DNA from: Alphaproteobacteria bacterium
GTDB taxonomy: Bacteria > Pseudomonadota > Alphaproteobacteria > UBA2136 > JALTLI01
Assembly (NCBI GenBank): GCA_027005635.1
Contig: JALTLI010000139.1
Span: 1-43,701, forward strand
Length of the DNA stretch: 43,701 nt
Direction of reading: 5' to 3'
Positions within the stretch are counted from its first letter, which is position 1. Every line of letters starts with the position of its first letter. Under the pieces are notes generated by a model. That model did not search any database, was not told where the DNA came from, and saw only the letters and a list, made by a program, of their open reading frames with translations. The translations under genes were made by a program, and so were the position numbers. Shown here piece after piece: positions 31,679 through 38,924 of this stretch.

Positions 31679-31686
31679 GGGAAATT

Positions 31687-31715
31687 ATTATAGTATATAC
31701 ATAAAAGGCTTGCAA
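31687..31715 (-). promoter_or_regulatory. Leftward promoter TTGCAA-N17-TATAAT for the RHH gene
   Basis: Minus strand reads catgaTTGCAAgccttttatgtatatacTATAATaatttcccATG. It shares the self-complementary -35 hexamer (31710-15) with the rightward promoter. Confidence 0.6.
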
Positions 31716-31737
31716 TCATGATATTTTTGTATATACT
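31710..31737 (+). promoter_or_regulatory. Rightward class-II promoter TTGCAA-N16-TATACT
   Basis: Near-identical to 22962-22989. Flanked by two AATCATGATA boxes. Confidence 0.6.
31714..31723. promoter_or_regulatory. Operator-like box AATCATGATA (palindrome ATCATGAT), copy 1
   Basis: Abuts the shared -35. Confidence 0.45.
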
Positions 31738-31740
31738 TTT

Positions 31741-31750
31741 AATCATGATA
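31741..31750. promoter_or_regulatory. Operator-like box AATCATGATA, copy 2
   Basis: Starts 4 nt after the -10 and covers the expected transcription start. It is 27 nt from copy 1. Confidence 0.45.
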
Positions 31751-31768
31751 AACGTATAGAGATAAAAA

Positions 31769-32020
31769 ATGGATGGTGAAAAACTATATTGGAATGCTGA
31801 AAAGGGTGAATATCAAACTGAATTTCCCAATAAAACAGATAGAATAGTTTATTTAATGGGTGATGAAGGATTGACCTTGCATGAAGCATTAGCTGTTAAA
31901 AAAGCATTAGAAGAAACTATAGATACTAAAGTAGATGCAGGGGTGAAAAGAGGGATACGCCCACTTAGGAAAGCCCTACTAAAATTGGAAGAAGGTATTT
32001 ATTTTTCCCAGAGGTATTAA
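31769..32020 (+). CDS. Hypothetical protein (83 aa)
   Basis: ORF track. First gene downstream of the rightward switch promoter. Confidence 0.55.
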   Translation: MDGEKLYWNAEKGEYQTEFPNKTDRIVYLMGDEGLTLHEALAVKKALEETIDTKVDAGVKRGIRPLRKALLKLEEGIYFSQRY

Positions 32021-32022
32021 AA

Positions 32023-32202
32023 ATGCTGGTAATTGAAACAAGAAAAACATCAAATGCTGAACATACTGTAAACTGGTTTTTGTTTGGTTATAAACCAATC
32101 CGAATAAACAAATCTATCCCAAAAGGATATTTAAAAGTTTTTGATGAATCACATTTACACAATGGCGCAATTCAAAGAAGGGATAATAAAAATGATAATT
32201 GA
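32023..32202 (+). CDS. Unannotated 59-aa ORF
   Basis: MLVIETRKTSNAEHTVNWFLFGYKPIRINKSIPKGYLKVFDESHLHNGAIQRRDNKNDN. It starts 2 nt after the previous stop and fills the gap. Confidence 0.4.
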   Translation: MLVIETRKTSNAEHTVNWFLFGYKPIRINKSIPKGYLKVFDESHLHNGAIQRRDNKNDN

Positions 32203-32275
32203 AGTATTAAAAACCATTGCATCAATTTTATGTATATTGGCATTATTTGTAATTTTCGGATATGTACCATCATAA
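32192..32275 (+). CDS. Unannotated 27-aa hydrophobic peptide
   Basis: MIIEVLKTIASILCILALFVIFGYVPS. Overlaps the previous ORF by 11 nt. Confidence 0.3.
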   Translation: MIIEVLKTIASILCILALFVIFGYVPS

Positions 32276-32299
32276 TTAAGATGGATAGAGGTTTAATAT

Positions 32300-32527
32300 A
32301 TGAAAAATTGTAGAAACTGTGAATATGCTGAATGGACTGTAATAAATGGAAGAAGAAAATTTAATAACTGGGCTGAATGTAAAGCACCAATTAATATAGA
32401 TTTACTTCCTGCTTCAGCATGGGAAGCAATAAGACTTTTGAAAAATAAAAAATTAACAGTAGCGAGTTATAAAAATGAAAATATAGAATGTTCACAATTT
32501 TTAAAAAAGGAGAAAAAAAACACTTGA
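32300..32527 (+). CDS. Small Cys-containing protein (75 aa; CxxC...C...C)
   Basis: ORF track. 'CRNCEYAEW...AECKAP...ECSQF'. Confidence 0.5.
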   Translation: MKNCRNCEYAEWTVINGRRKFNNWAECKAPINIDLLPASAWEAIRLLKNKKLTVASYKNENIECSQFLKKEKKNT

Positions 32528-32551
32528 ATAAAATTAATTAAAGTATATACT
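32524..32551 (+). promoter_or_regulatory. Class-II-type promoter TTGAAT-N16-TATACT with GTATATAC
   Basis: cacTTGAATaaaattaattaaagtaTATACTttaat. The upstream stop codon lies inside the -35. Confidence 0.5.
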
Positions 32552-32600
32552 TTAATTCTGTAAACAAATTATTTTTTAACAACCAAAAAGGTAAAAACAA

Positions 32601-33122
32601 ATGGCTAAGATTACGATTGAATTTGATGATGAAATTATGGCTGGCTTTCTTGATCAGGTAGCAGAACAGGCGGCAAGTTCAGCCACAACCACTACAGATA
32701 AAAAACCTGCTGGCAAAAAAGAAGATAAAGAACCGGCTTCTGAAGAAACATTTAATGCTGAAAGCATTAAAGAAATGTGTAATAAATTGCTGGATCTGAC
32801 AGATAAAGCAAAAGTGAAAGAAGTGCTTTCTGAATTTAACTGTACCACTGTTTCAAAAGCTACAAAGCTGGAAGGTGATGATCTTCAGGATTGTGGTGAA
32901 GCATTACAAGAAGCCATTGCTGAAGCTGAATCTGGTGGTTCTGGTGAAGATGATGAAGTAACTGTGGAAGCCGTAAAAGTTGCTGTTCAGGCATTCAGTA
33001 AGAAAAACGGAAAAGATGATACAAAAGAAATCCTTGAAGATTTTGGTATCAACTCTGTGCGCGGCCTGAACAAACTTTCTCAAGAAGATCTTGAAGAACT
33101 GTATGCTGAGGTCTGTGAATAA
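32601..33122 (+). CDS. Acidic protein with two copies of the module also found at the SSB C-terminus
   Basis: 173 aa. 'ESIKEMCNKLLDLTDKAKVKEVLSEFNCTTVSKATKLEGDDLQDCGEALQEAI' aligns to the C-end of 34643..35413. Confidence 0.6.
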   Translation: MAKITIEFDDEIMAGFLDQVAEQAASSATTTTDKKPAGKKEDKEPASEETFNAESIKEMCNKLLDLTDKAKVKEVLSEFNCTTVSKATKLEGDDLQDCGEALQEAIAEAESGGSGEDDEVTVEAVKVAVQAFSKKNGKDDTKEILEDFGINSVRGLNKLSQEDLEELYAEVCE

Positions 33123-33138
33123 ATCCCTGTGGTTGGGT

Positions 33139-33163
33139 AGCCCCTTGAAATAAGGGGCTTTTT
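33139..33163 (+). terminator. Rho-independent terminator
   Basis: AGCCCCTT-gaaat-AAGGGGCT followed by TTTT (8-bp perfect stem). Confidence 0.75.
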
Positions 33164-33230
33164 AAAGTGTAGCTTGTGCATCCTGTGTGAGTTGAGCTGT
33201 GTTGTGGTCTAATAGCACAGGCTACACTTT
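33164..33230. repeat. Large hairpin/inverted repeat (16-nt arms, 1 mismatch) with a GT-rich 35-nt loop
   Basis: aaagtgtagcttgtgc (33164-79) pairs with gcacaggctacacttt (33215-30). The loop is atcctgtgtgagttgagctgtgttgtggtctaata. Confidence 0.8.
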
Positions 33231-33260
33231 AAAAAGCAAACAAAGAGAGAGAAATATATA

Positions 33261-34565
33261 ATGGCTAAACATCATTCTCTAGGTGGATCAAATACCTACA
33301 CATGGCTTAACTGCCCCGGCTCCCGAAAATCCATTGAAGCGGCAATAGAAGCCGGACTAATACCAGAAGAAAGCCCCGGAAATAAATACACAGAAGAAGG
33401 CACTGTAGCCCATGCTTTAGGTGAAATATGTTTAGATATGGGGCTTGATCCAAATGATTTTTATAATAAAACAATCCCTTCAGTTATCGGTAAAAAACGC
33501 ACAGCAAAATATTTAAACAAATCTGAATTAGAACACATAGATTTAACTAAAGAATTAATGACTTCTGAATATATAGAAGCCGTGGAAATCTATGTTAATT
33601 ATATCCGTGAACAGCATTCAATAATGGAAGGTTCTACACTTCTTTTAGAAGAAAGCTATTCTTTAGAAAATTATGTAAATGATGATTGTGGTGGTAGTGC
33701 TGATGCTTCTATTTTAGGTGTGAAGGGATTATTAGAAGTGGCTGATTATAAACATGGAAAAGGGGTAGTAGTAGAAGCCCCCGGAAATCCACAAACTAGG
33801 CTCTATGGTTTAGGGGCAATATTAAAACACAATGATGAATATAATTTTAAAGAAGTAAAATTAACAATAATTCAACCCCGTGTTTTTCATACTGATGGTG
33901 CTATCAGAAGTGAATCCCTATCTGTAAAAGAACTATTGAAATGGGGTAGAACTGTAGTAAAGCCAGCCGTTAAATTATTAAATTCTGATAACCCTGAATT
34001 AATTCCCGGTGAAAAACAGTGTATGTGGTGTAGGGTGAACGGGATCTGTAAAGCCAATGCTGAACAAGCCTTGATGGTAGCACAAAAAGAATTTTCTGAT
34101 ATTGCCCTCCCCGATGATGTATTAGCTGAACCCCAAACACTTACAATAGAAGAAGCAAATTTAATTGTCTCAAATAAAAAAAGAATTGAAAAATGGCTTA
34201 ATGCAGTTCAGGCTTATGTGGAAACTGCTGTAGAATCGGGTTCAGTTGAATTACCGGATTTTAAATTAGTTGAACGTATTTCAAACAGGCAATATAAAAA
34301 TGAAAAATCTATTGTCAGAAGATTAAAGCGGCTGCATCCCGAATTAAATCCTTATGATGAACCAAAAATAAAAAGCCCGGCACAAATGGAATCTTATTTA
34401 AAAGCTGAATATGGATATAAACCAAAAGAAGCTAAAGCCCTTGTAGATAAATTTTGTGAACGTGTAAAAATTGGTATTGCACTTGCCCCTATTACTGATG
34501 GAAGAAAAGCTATTGAGCCACCCATCAAAACAGAATTTGCTGAATTTGTTGATAATGACAAATAA
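33261..34565 (+). CDS. PD-(D/E)XK Cas4/RecB-like exonuclease (DUF2800-like)
   Basis: 'LGGSNTYTWLNCPGS', 'EGTVAH', 'ADYKHGKGVVVEA', 'NPQTRLYGLGA' and the Cys cluster 'CMWCRVNGIC'. Confidence 0.7.
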   Translation: MAKHHSLGGSNTYTWLNCPGSRKSIEAAIEAGLIPEESPGNKYTEEGTVAHALGEICLDMGLDPNDFYNKTIPSVIGKKRTAKYLNKSELEHIDLTKELMTSEYIEAVEIYVNYIREQHSIMEGSTLLLEESYSLENYVNDDCGGSADASILGVKGLLEVADYKHGKGVVVEAPGNPQTRLYGLGAILKHNDEYNFKEVKLTIIQPRVFHTDGAIRSESLSVKELLKWGRTVVKPAVKLLNSDNPELIPGEKQCMWCRVNGICKANAEQALMVAQKEFSDIALPDDVLAEPQTLTIEEANLIVSNKKRIEKWLNAVQAYVETAVESGSVELPDFKLVERISNRQYKNEKSIVRRLKRLHPELNPYDEPKIKSPAQMESYLKAEYGYKPKEAKALVDKFCERVKIGIALAPITDGRKAIEPPIKTEFAEFVDNDK

Positions 34566-34573
34566 AGTAAATA

Positions 34574-34605
34574 ATCAGAAGATCAGAAGATCAGAAGATC
34601 AGAAA
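34574..34605. repeat. Tandem 8-mer (ATCAGAAG x3 + ATCAGAAA) creating three GATC sites at 8-nt spacing
   Basis: Read directly, in the exonuclease-SSB intergenic region. Confidence 0.95.
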
Positions 34606-34642
34606 AACCCGTAAATAGAAAACAAGTTAAAAGGTAAAAATT

Positions 34643-35413
34643 ATGACTACTAAAAAAGATCCCACCCGTGTAGTAACAGGTGTATGCCGTTCGTCATTCA
34701 TGTTTGTGAATCAATTAGAAGCTGATGATAATGGTAATAAAAAATGCCGGACTCAAATCATTATTAAGAAAAGTGATAAGGCTACTATTGCCAAACTGGA
34801 TAAAGCTATTAATGCTGCTAGTATGAAAAAGTTCGGTAAAAAAGCGGCTAAAAATTCCCGTTCTTTTGGCTACCCATTGCGTGATGCTGATAAAGAAATA
34901 AAAGATGGTACTTTTGAACCAGCAGATCCAAAGGTTTATAAAAACTGTTATTTCATGAACACTACAGCCTATAAGCTGCCCGGCCTTGTTGATCAGGATA
35001 ATGAACTAATTGAAGATCCTGATGAACGTGCTGAAATGGCTGTATCAGGTTTCTATTTCCGGTTCTCTGTTACTATGAAGGGTTATGATAAAGATGGTAA
35101 TAAGGGTGTCCGGGCTGAACTGAATAATATGATGTTTATCAAAGAAGGTGAACGCCTTGATGGTGGTGTAGCTGCTGATTCTGAAGATTGGGGTGATAGT
35201 GGCGATCAAGATCCTGATGATGAAAACGATTCAGATAATGATTATTCCCCTGAAAAAATTAAAGAACTCTGTGCCGAATTGAAAGAAGAAGATGCTGAAG
35301 CCCTTGATGAAATTCTGGAAGAATTTGATTGCAAGAATGCACGGGCGGCATCAAAACTTGATGATGATGAACGCGCTGAAATTGGTGAAGCATTGGAAGA
35401 TGCTTTAGATTAA
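34643..35413 (+). CDS. Single-stranded DNA-binding protein (DUF2815 / T7 gp2.5-like) with an acidic C-terminal module
   Basis: 'RVVTGVCRSSFMFVNQ', 'GYPLRDADKE', 'SGFYFRFSVTMKGYD..GNKGVRAELNNMMF' followed by an Asp/Glu-rich tail. Synteny with the exonuclease and polymerase. Confidence 0.65.
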   Translation: MTTKKDPTRVVTGVCRSSFMFVNQLEADDNGNKKCRTQIIIKKSDKATIAKLDKAINAASMKKFGKKAAKNSRSFGYPLRDADKEIKDGTFEPADPKVYKNCYFMNTTAYKLPGLVDQDNELIEDPDERAEMAVSGFYFRFSVTMKGYDKDGNKGVRAELNNMMFIKEGERLDGGVAADSEDWGDSGDQDPDDENDSDNDYSPEKIKELCAELKEEDAEALDEILEEFDCKNARAASKLDDDERAEIGEALEDALD

Positions 35414-35432
35414 TTCCTTTGCTGGGAATATT

Positions 35433-35458
35433 GGGGCTACAGGATGTGCCCCTTTTTT
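35433..35458 (+). terminator. Rho-independent terminator
   Basis: GGGGC-tacaggatgt-GCCCC followed by TTTTTT. Confidence 0.6.
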
Positions 35459-35479
35459 AATTTTTAAAGGTAAATAAAA

Positions 35480-35608
35480 ATGACTCAAAGTGAAGTAGGT
35501 TATAAAGTAATAAAATACTTTTGCAATTTCTTTCTAATACTCTGGATTCTATGCCAAGGTGAACCAGATCTTTTAGATGCACTAATCAGATTTTTAATGA
35601 ATAATTAA
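35480..35608 (+). CDS. Unannotated 42-aa hydrophobic ORF
   Basis: MTQSEVGYKVIKYFCNFFLILWILCQGEPDLLDALIRFLMNN. Preceded by the recurrent RBS context aaaggtaaataaaaATG. Confidence 0.4.
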   Translation: MTQSEVGYKVIKYFCNFFLILWILCQGEPDLLDALIRFLMNN

Positions 35609-35618
35609 AGAATATAAT

Positions 35619-37640
35619 ATGCTCCCTGTTCCTTTTGATAATAATGATAAGTTTAAAAACTTTATAGATCTTGATTTTGAAACCAGATCTGAAGCAAAAC
35701 TGGTTACAAAGGAATCTGTAGGTGCATGGAGTTATGCTGAACATCCATCTACTGAAGTTTTAATATGCAGGTATTCTATAGAAGGTGGAAAAACGCATAG
35801 ATGGTTATATGGTGATAAACCACCTAAAAAACTATTCAGGGCACTTAAAAAAGGTATGTTTATCCGTGCCCATCATTCTTTTTTTGAATTTGTAATATGG
35901 AATTTATGCGCCGTTCCTAAAATGGGGTGGCCTGAGCTACCCATAGAACGCTTTTACTGTACACAAGCTGTAGCGTGTACCCATGCATTCCAGCCATCCC
36001 TCGAAGATGCCGGTGAACAAATGGGGCTTGATATTCAGAAAGATAAAGAAGGAAAACGCCTGATAAATATGTTTTCTAATCCTTCCAGAAAAGCAGGTGA
36101 ACATTTTAAAGAACCACGGAATTATTGGGAAGAATTTTTAAGGTTTGATAAATATTGTGAAATAGACGTTTTAACACAACAGGGAATAGTTGATTATTTA
36201 CCCCTATTAACACCCCTTCAATATAATATTTTTTTACTTACTGAAAAAATGAATGCACGGGGCGTACCTATTGATATTGAAATGTGTAAAGGTGCAATAG
36301 CTTTAGAGCGCAAAGCAAAAAGAAAAGCTAATAGGGAAGCAAGAAAATTAACAAATAGGGCTTTTGAAAAATTATCACAGAGGGAAGCTGTATTAGATTG
36401 GCTTAATGATAATGGATGCAACATACCGAATATGCAAGCTAAAACTTTAGAACGTGCATTAAAAAATATGAGGGAAAAATTAGATCCTGATGTTTATCGG
36501 GTTCTTGAATTAAGGGCATCTACTACAAAAACATCCACAGCAAAATATCCAGCAGCCCTTCAGCGTGTTTCATCTGATGGGCGTGTACATGAAACCTTAG
36601 CCTACCATATAGCTAAAACAGGTAGATGGGGCGGTAGGGGCTTACAGACACATAATTTTGCACGTCCTACACTCCCTAAATGGGTTGATTATGAATACAT
36701 AGCTGAACTGATAATTAAACAGGATTCAGATACCATAGAAATGTTATATGGTGATGTGATGAATGTTTTAAGTTCAGCATTAAGAACCATGATTAAAGCC
36801 CCTGAAGGTCAAAAATTTATAGCGGCTGACTATGCACAAATTGAAGCCCGGCTGGTTTTTTGGTTTGCTGATGAACAAAAAGCATTAAATATTTTCAGAA
36901 GAAAAGAAGATATTTATTGTGATATGGCGGGTGATATTTATCAAAAGAAAGTAACTAAAGCTGATGAAATGGAACGCTTTATAGGTAAGCAAACAGTTTT
37001 AGGATTAGGCTTCCAAATGGGTGCGGCTAAATTTAAAAGCCAGCTTTATGATCAATTTGATGTAACTATTACTAAACATTTTGCTGAAGCTGCTGTAAAA
37101 CTCTACAGAACAAAATATAAAAAAGTAAAAGCATTATGGGGTGAAACTCAAAAAGCGGCTATTAATGCTGTTCTGTTTCCCGGTAAAAGATTTACATGTG
37201 CTAAAGGAAAAATTACTTATAAAGTAGAAGAAGATTTTTTATATTGCCGCCTGCCATCAGGAAGAAAATTAGCTTATCACTTACCAAAAGTTAAAGAGGT
37301 TCCTAATCCTTGGGGTGGTGATATGATGATTAGCCAATTATCATTTATGGGTTTTGATTCATATACCCGCAAATGGAAAAGACAGACTACCTATGGTGGT
37401 TCATTAGTGGAAAACTATGTACAGGCGGCATCTGCTGACATTACAGGGCACGGGATGTTAGAAGGTGAAAAGGAAGGCTACGAAGCCATATTTACTGTGC
37501 ATGATGAATCTATTTCATTAGTCCCTGAAGATTTTGGAAGCTATCAAGAATATGAAGAAATTCTATGTAGGCTTCCTGATTGGGCTGAAGGGCTTCCTGT
37601 AGCTGCTGAAGGGTGGGAAGGTAAAAGGTATAGGAAATGA
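35619..37640 (+). CDS. Family A DNA polymerase with 3'-5' exonuclease domain
   Basis: Exo I 'IDLDFETRS', motif A 'IAADYAQIEARL', motif B 'RFIGKQTVLGLGFQMG', motif C 'FTVHDES'. Confidence 0.9.
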   Translation: MLPVPFDNNDKFKNFIDLDFETRSEAKLVTKESVGAWSYAEHPSTEVLICRYSIEGGKTHRWLYGDKPPKKLFRALKKGMFIRAHHSFFEFVIWNLCAVPKMGWPELPIERFYCTQAVACTHAFQPSLEDAGEQMGLDIQKDKEGKRLINMFSNPSRKAGEHFKEPRNYWEEFLRFDKYCEIDVLTQQGIVDYLPLLTPLQYNIFLLTEKMNARGVPIDIEMCKGAIALERKAKRKANREARKLTNRAFEKLSQREAVLDWLNDNGCNIPNMQAKTLERALKNMREKLDPDVYRVLELRASTTKTSTAKYPAALQRVSSDGRVHETLAYHIAKTGRWGGRGLQTHNFARPTLPKWVDYEYIAELIIKQDSDTIEMLYGDVMNVLSSALRTMIKAPEGQKFIAADYAQIEARLVFWFADEQKALNIFRRKEDIYCDMAGDIYQKKVTKADEMERFIGKQTVLGLGFQMGAAKFKSQLYDQFDVTITKHFAEAAVKLYRTKYKKVKALWGETQKAAINAVLFPGKRFTCAKGKITYKVEEDFLYCRLPSGRKLAYHLPKVKEVPNPWGGDMMISQLSFMGFDSYTRKWKRQTTYGGSLVENYVQAASADITGHGMLEGEKEGYEAIFTVHDESISLVPEDFGSYQEYEEILCRLPDWAEGLPVAAEGWEGKRYRK

Positions 37641-37786
37641 ATAAACGAAAACAGAATGAATATTATACTTCAAATGAAGAAATAGAAGAATTGATTAAAA
37701 AATGTAAAAATCCTGTTACAAAAAATTCTTATAAACAAATTTTAATTAATAGAAAAAAGAGGTTGAAAAAATGCGACAATATTTAG
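37637..37786 (+). CDS. Possible 49-aa basic ORF bridging pol and thyA
   Basis: MNKRKQNEYYTSNEEIEELIKKCKNPVTKNSYKQILINRKKRLKKCDNI. ATGA overlap with the pol stop, and it overlaps thyA by 16 nt. Confidence 0.3.
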   Translation: MNKRKQNEYYTSNEEIEELIKKCKNPVTKNSYKQILINRKKRLKKCDNI

Positions 37787-38634
37787 ATATGTTAAATGAA
37801 GTAATGCTATGGGGTGATAGGGTTCCCGGTAGAAATGGGGAAACCATTGAACTTTTTGGATTACAAAATGAATATGATTTAGCTGAAGGCTTTCCATTGA
37901 TCACCACTAAAAAAATGGCTGTTAAATCTATCATAGGTGAATTACTAGCATTCATCCGTGGCTACCATCATGTACAGGATTTTCAGTCTTTAGGCTGTAA
38001 TGTATGGAATGCTAACGCAAATTCAAGCTATTGGCTTAATTCTGAATTTATGAAAAGCATGGTTGAAAATTCCCCTGAAATTGCTGATGGACTTCTAGGC
38101 CGGATATATGGGGTACAATGGCGAAACTGGACTAATCCACTTGGGGAAAATACAGATCAATTAGTAGAATTAATTGAAGGCATTAAAAATGATCCGTATG
38201 GTAGAAGGCATGTAGTATTAGCTTATAATCCGGGTGAATTAAAATACATGTGTTTACCACCATGCCACATGTTTTTTCAGGTAAACATAACACCATCAGG
38301 AAAATTAAATTTAAAAGTATATCAACGTAGTGCTGATATGTTTTTAGGGGTTCCTTATAATATTGCTTCCTATGCTTTTTTGATGTTAATCCTGTGCCAT
38401 CAAACAGGTTACACCCCCGGTAAATTTATCCATTCTTTTGGTTCAACACATATTTACTCTAATCACTTTGATCAGGTAAATGAACATCTAGGCCGAATAC
38501 CACATAAATTACCTTCTGTTAAAATCAGTTCTGAACTGAATTCTAACTGTGCCCTAGAAGATTATCAGCCAGAACATTTTATTATTGAAGGCTATAATCA
38601 CGAACCGGCTATTAAAGCTGAAATGAATGTTTAA
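37771..38634 (+). CDS. thyA: Thymidylate synthase (ThyA type)
   Basis: 'FPLITTKK', 'RRHVVLAYNP', catalytic 'LPPCHMFFQ', 'YQRSADMFLGVPYNIASYA', 'GSTHIYSNH'. Aligns along its full length to E. coli ThyA. Confidence 0.9.
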   Translation: MRQYLDMLNEVMLWGDRVPGRNGETIELFGLQNEYDLAEGFPLITTKKMAVKSIIGELLAFIRGYHHVQDFQSLGCNVWNANANSSYWLNSEFMKSMVENSPEIADGLLGRIYGVQWRNWTNPLGENTDQLVELIEGIKNDPYGRRHVVLAYNPGELKYMCLPPCHMFFQVNITPSGKLNLKVYQRSADMFLGVPYNIASYAFLMLILCHQTGYTPGKFIHSFGSTHIYSNHFDQVNEHLGRIPHKLPSVKISSELNSNCALEDYQPEHFIIEGYNHEPAIKAEMNV

Positions 38635-38924
38635 TGAACCCTGAAACAAAAATAGAAAATGATTTTGTTTCACTGGTTGAGAATAGCCCTTATTCAGCAA
38701 TGGCGGTAAAATTGGTGCTATTTGCTGGTAGGGGTTTCCCTGATAGAACAATACTTGGAAATGGAAAATGTTTCTTTATAGAATTTAAAGTACCGGGAAA
38801 AGATTTAGATCCACCACAAATAAAGTGGAAAAAACTTTTAAACAGATTAGGATTTAAAGTATATGTTTGTACCAGTAAAGAAGCGGCGTATAAGATCTTT
38901 ATCAAAGAAATGGAACCCCCATAA
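38634..38924 (+). CDS. VRR-NUC domain nuclease
   Basis: 'GRGFPDRTIL...CFFIEFKVPG...PPQIKW...LGFKVYVC' (D...ExK core). Confidence 0.8.
   Translation: MNPETKIENDFVSLVENSPYSAMAVKLVLFAGRGFPDRTILGNGKCFFIEFKVPGKDLDPPQIKWKKLLNRLGFKVYVCTSKEAAYKIFIKEMEPP

Noticed and set aside
37771-38634. ThyA homolog being a dCMP/dUMP hydroxymethylase (hypermodified DNA)
   Set aside because: It keeps the ThyA catalytic Cys (PCH), YQRSxD, the Asn of 'YNIASY' (Asp in dCMP hydroxymethylases) and a ThyA-like C-terminus. This is most simply a normal thymidylate synthase, although the folate-site 'VWNANAN' segment is divergent.
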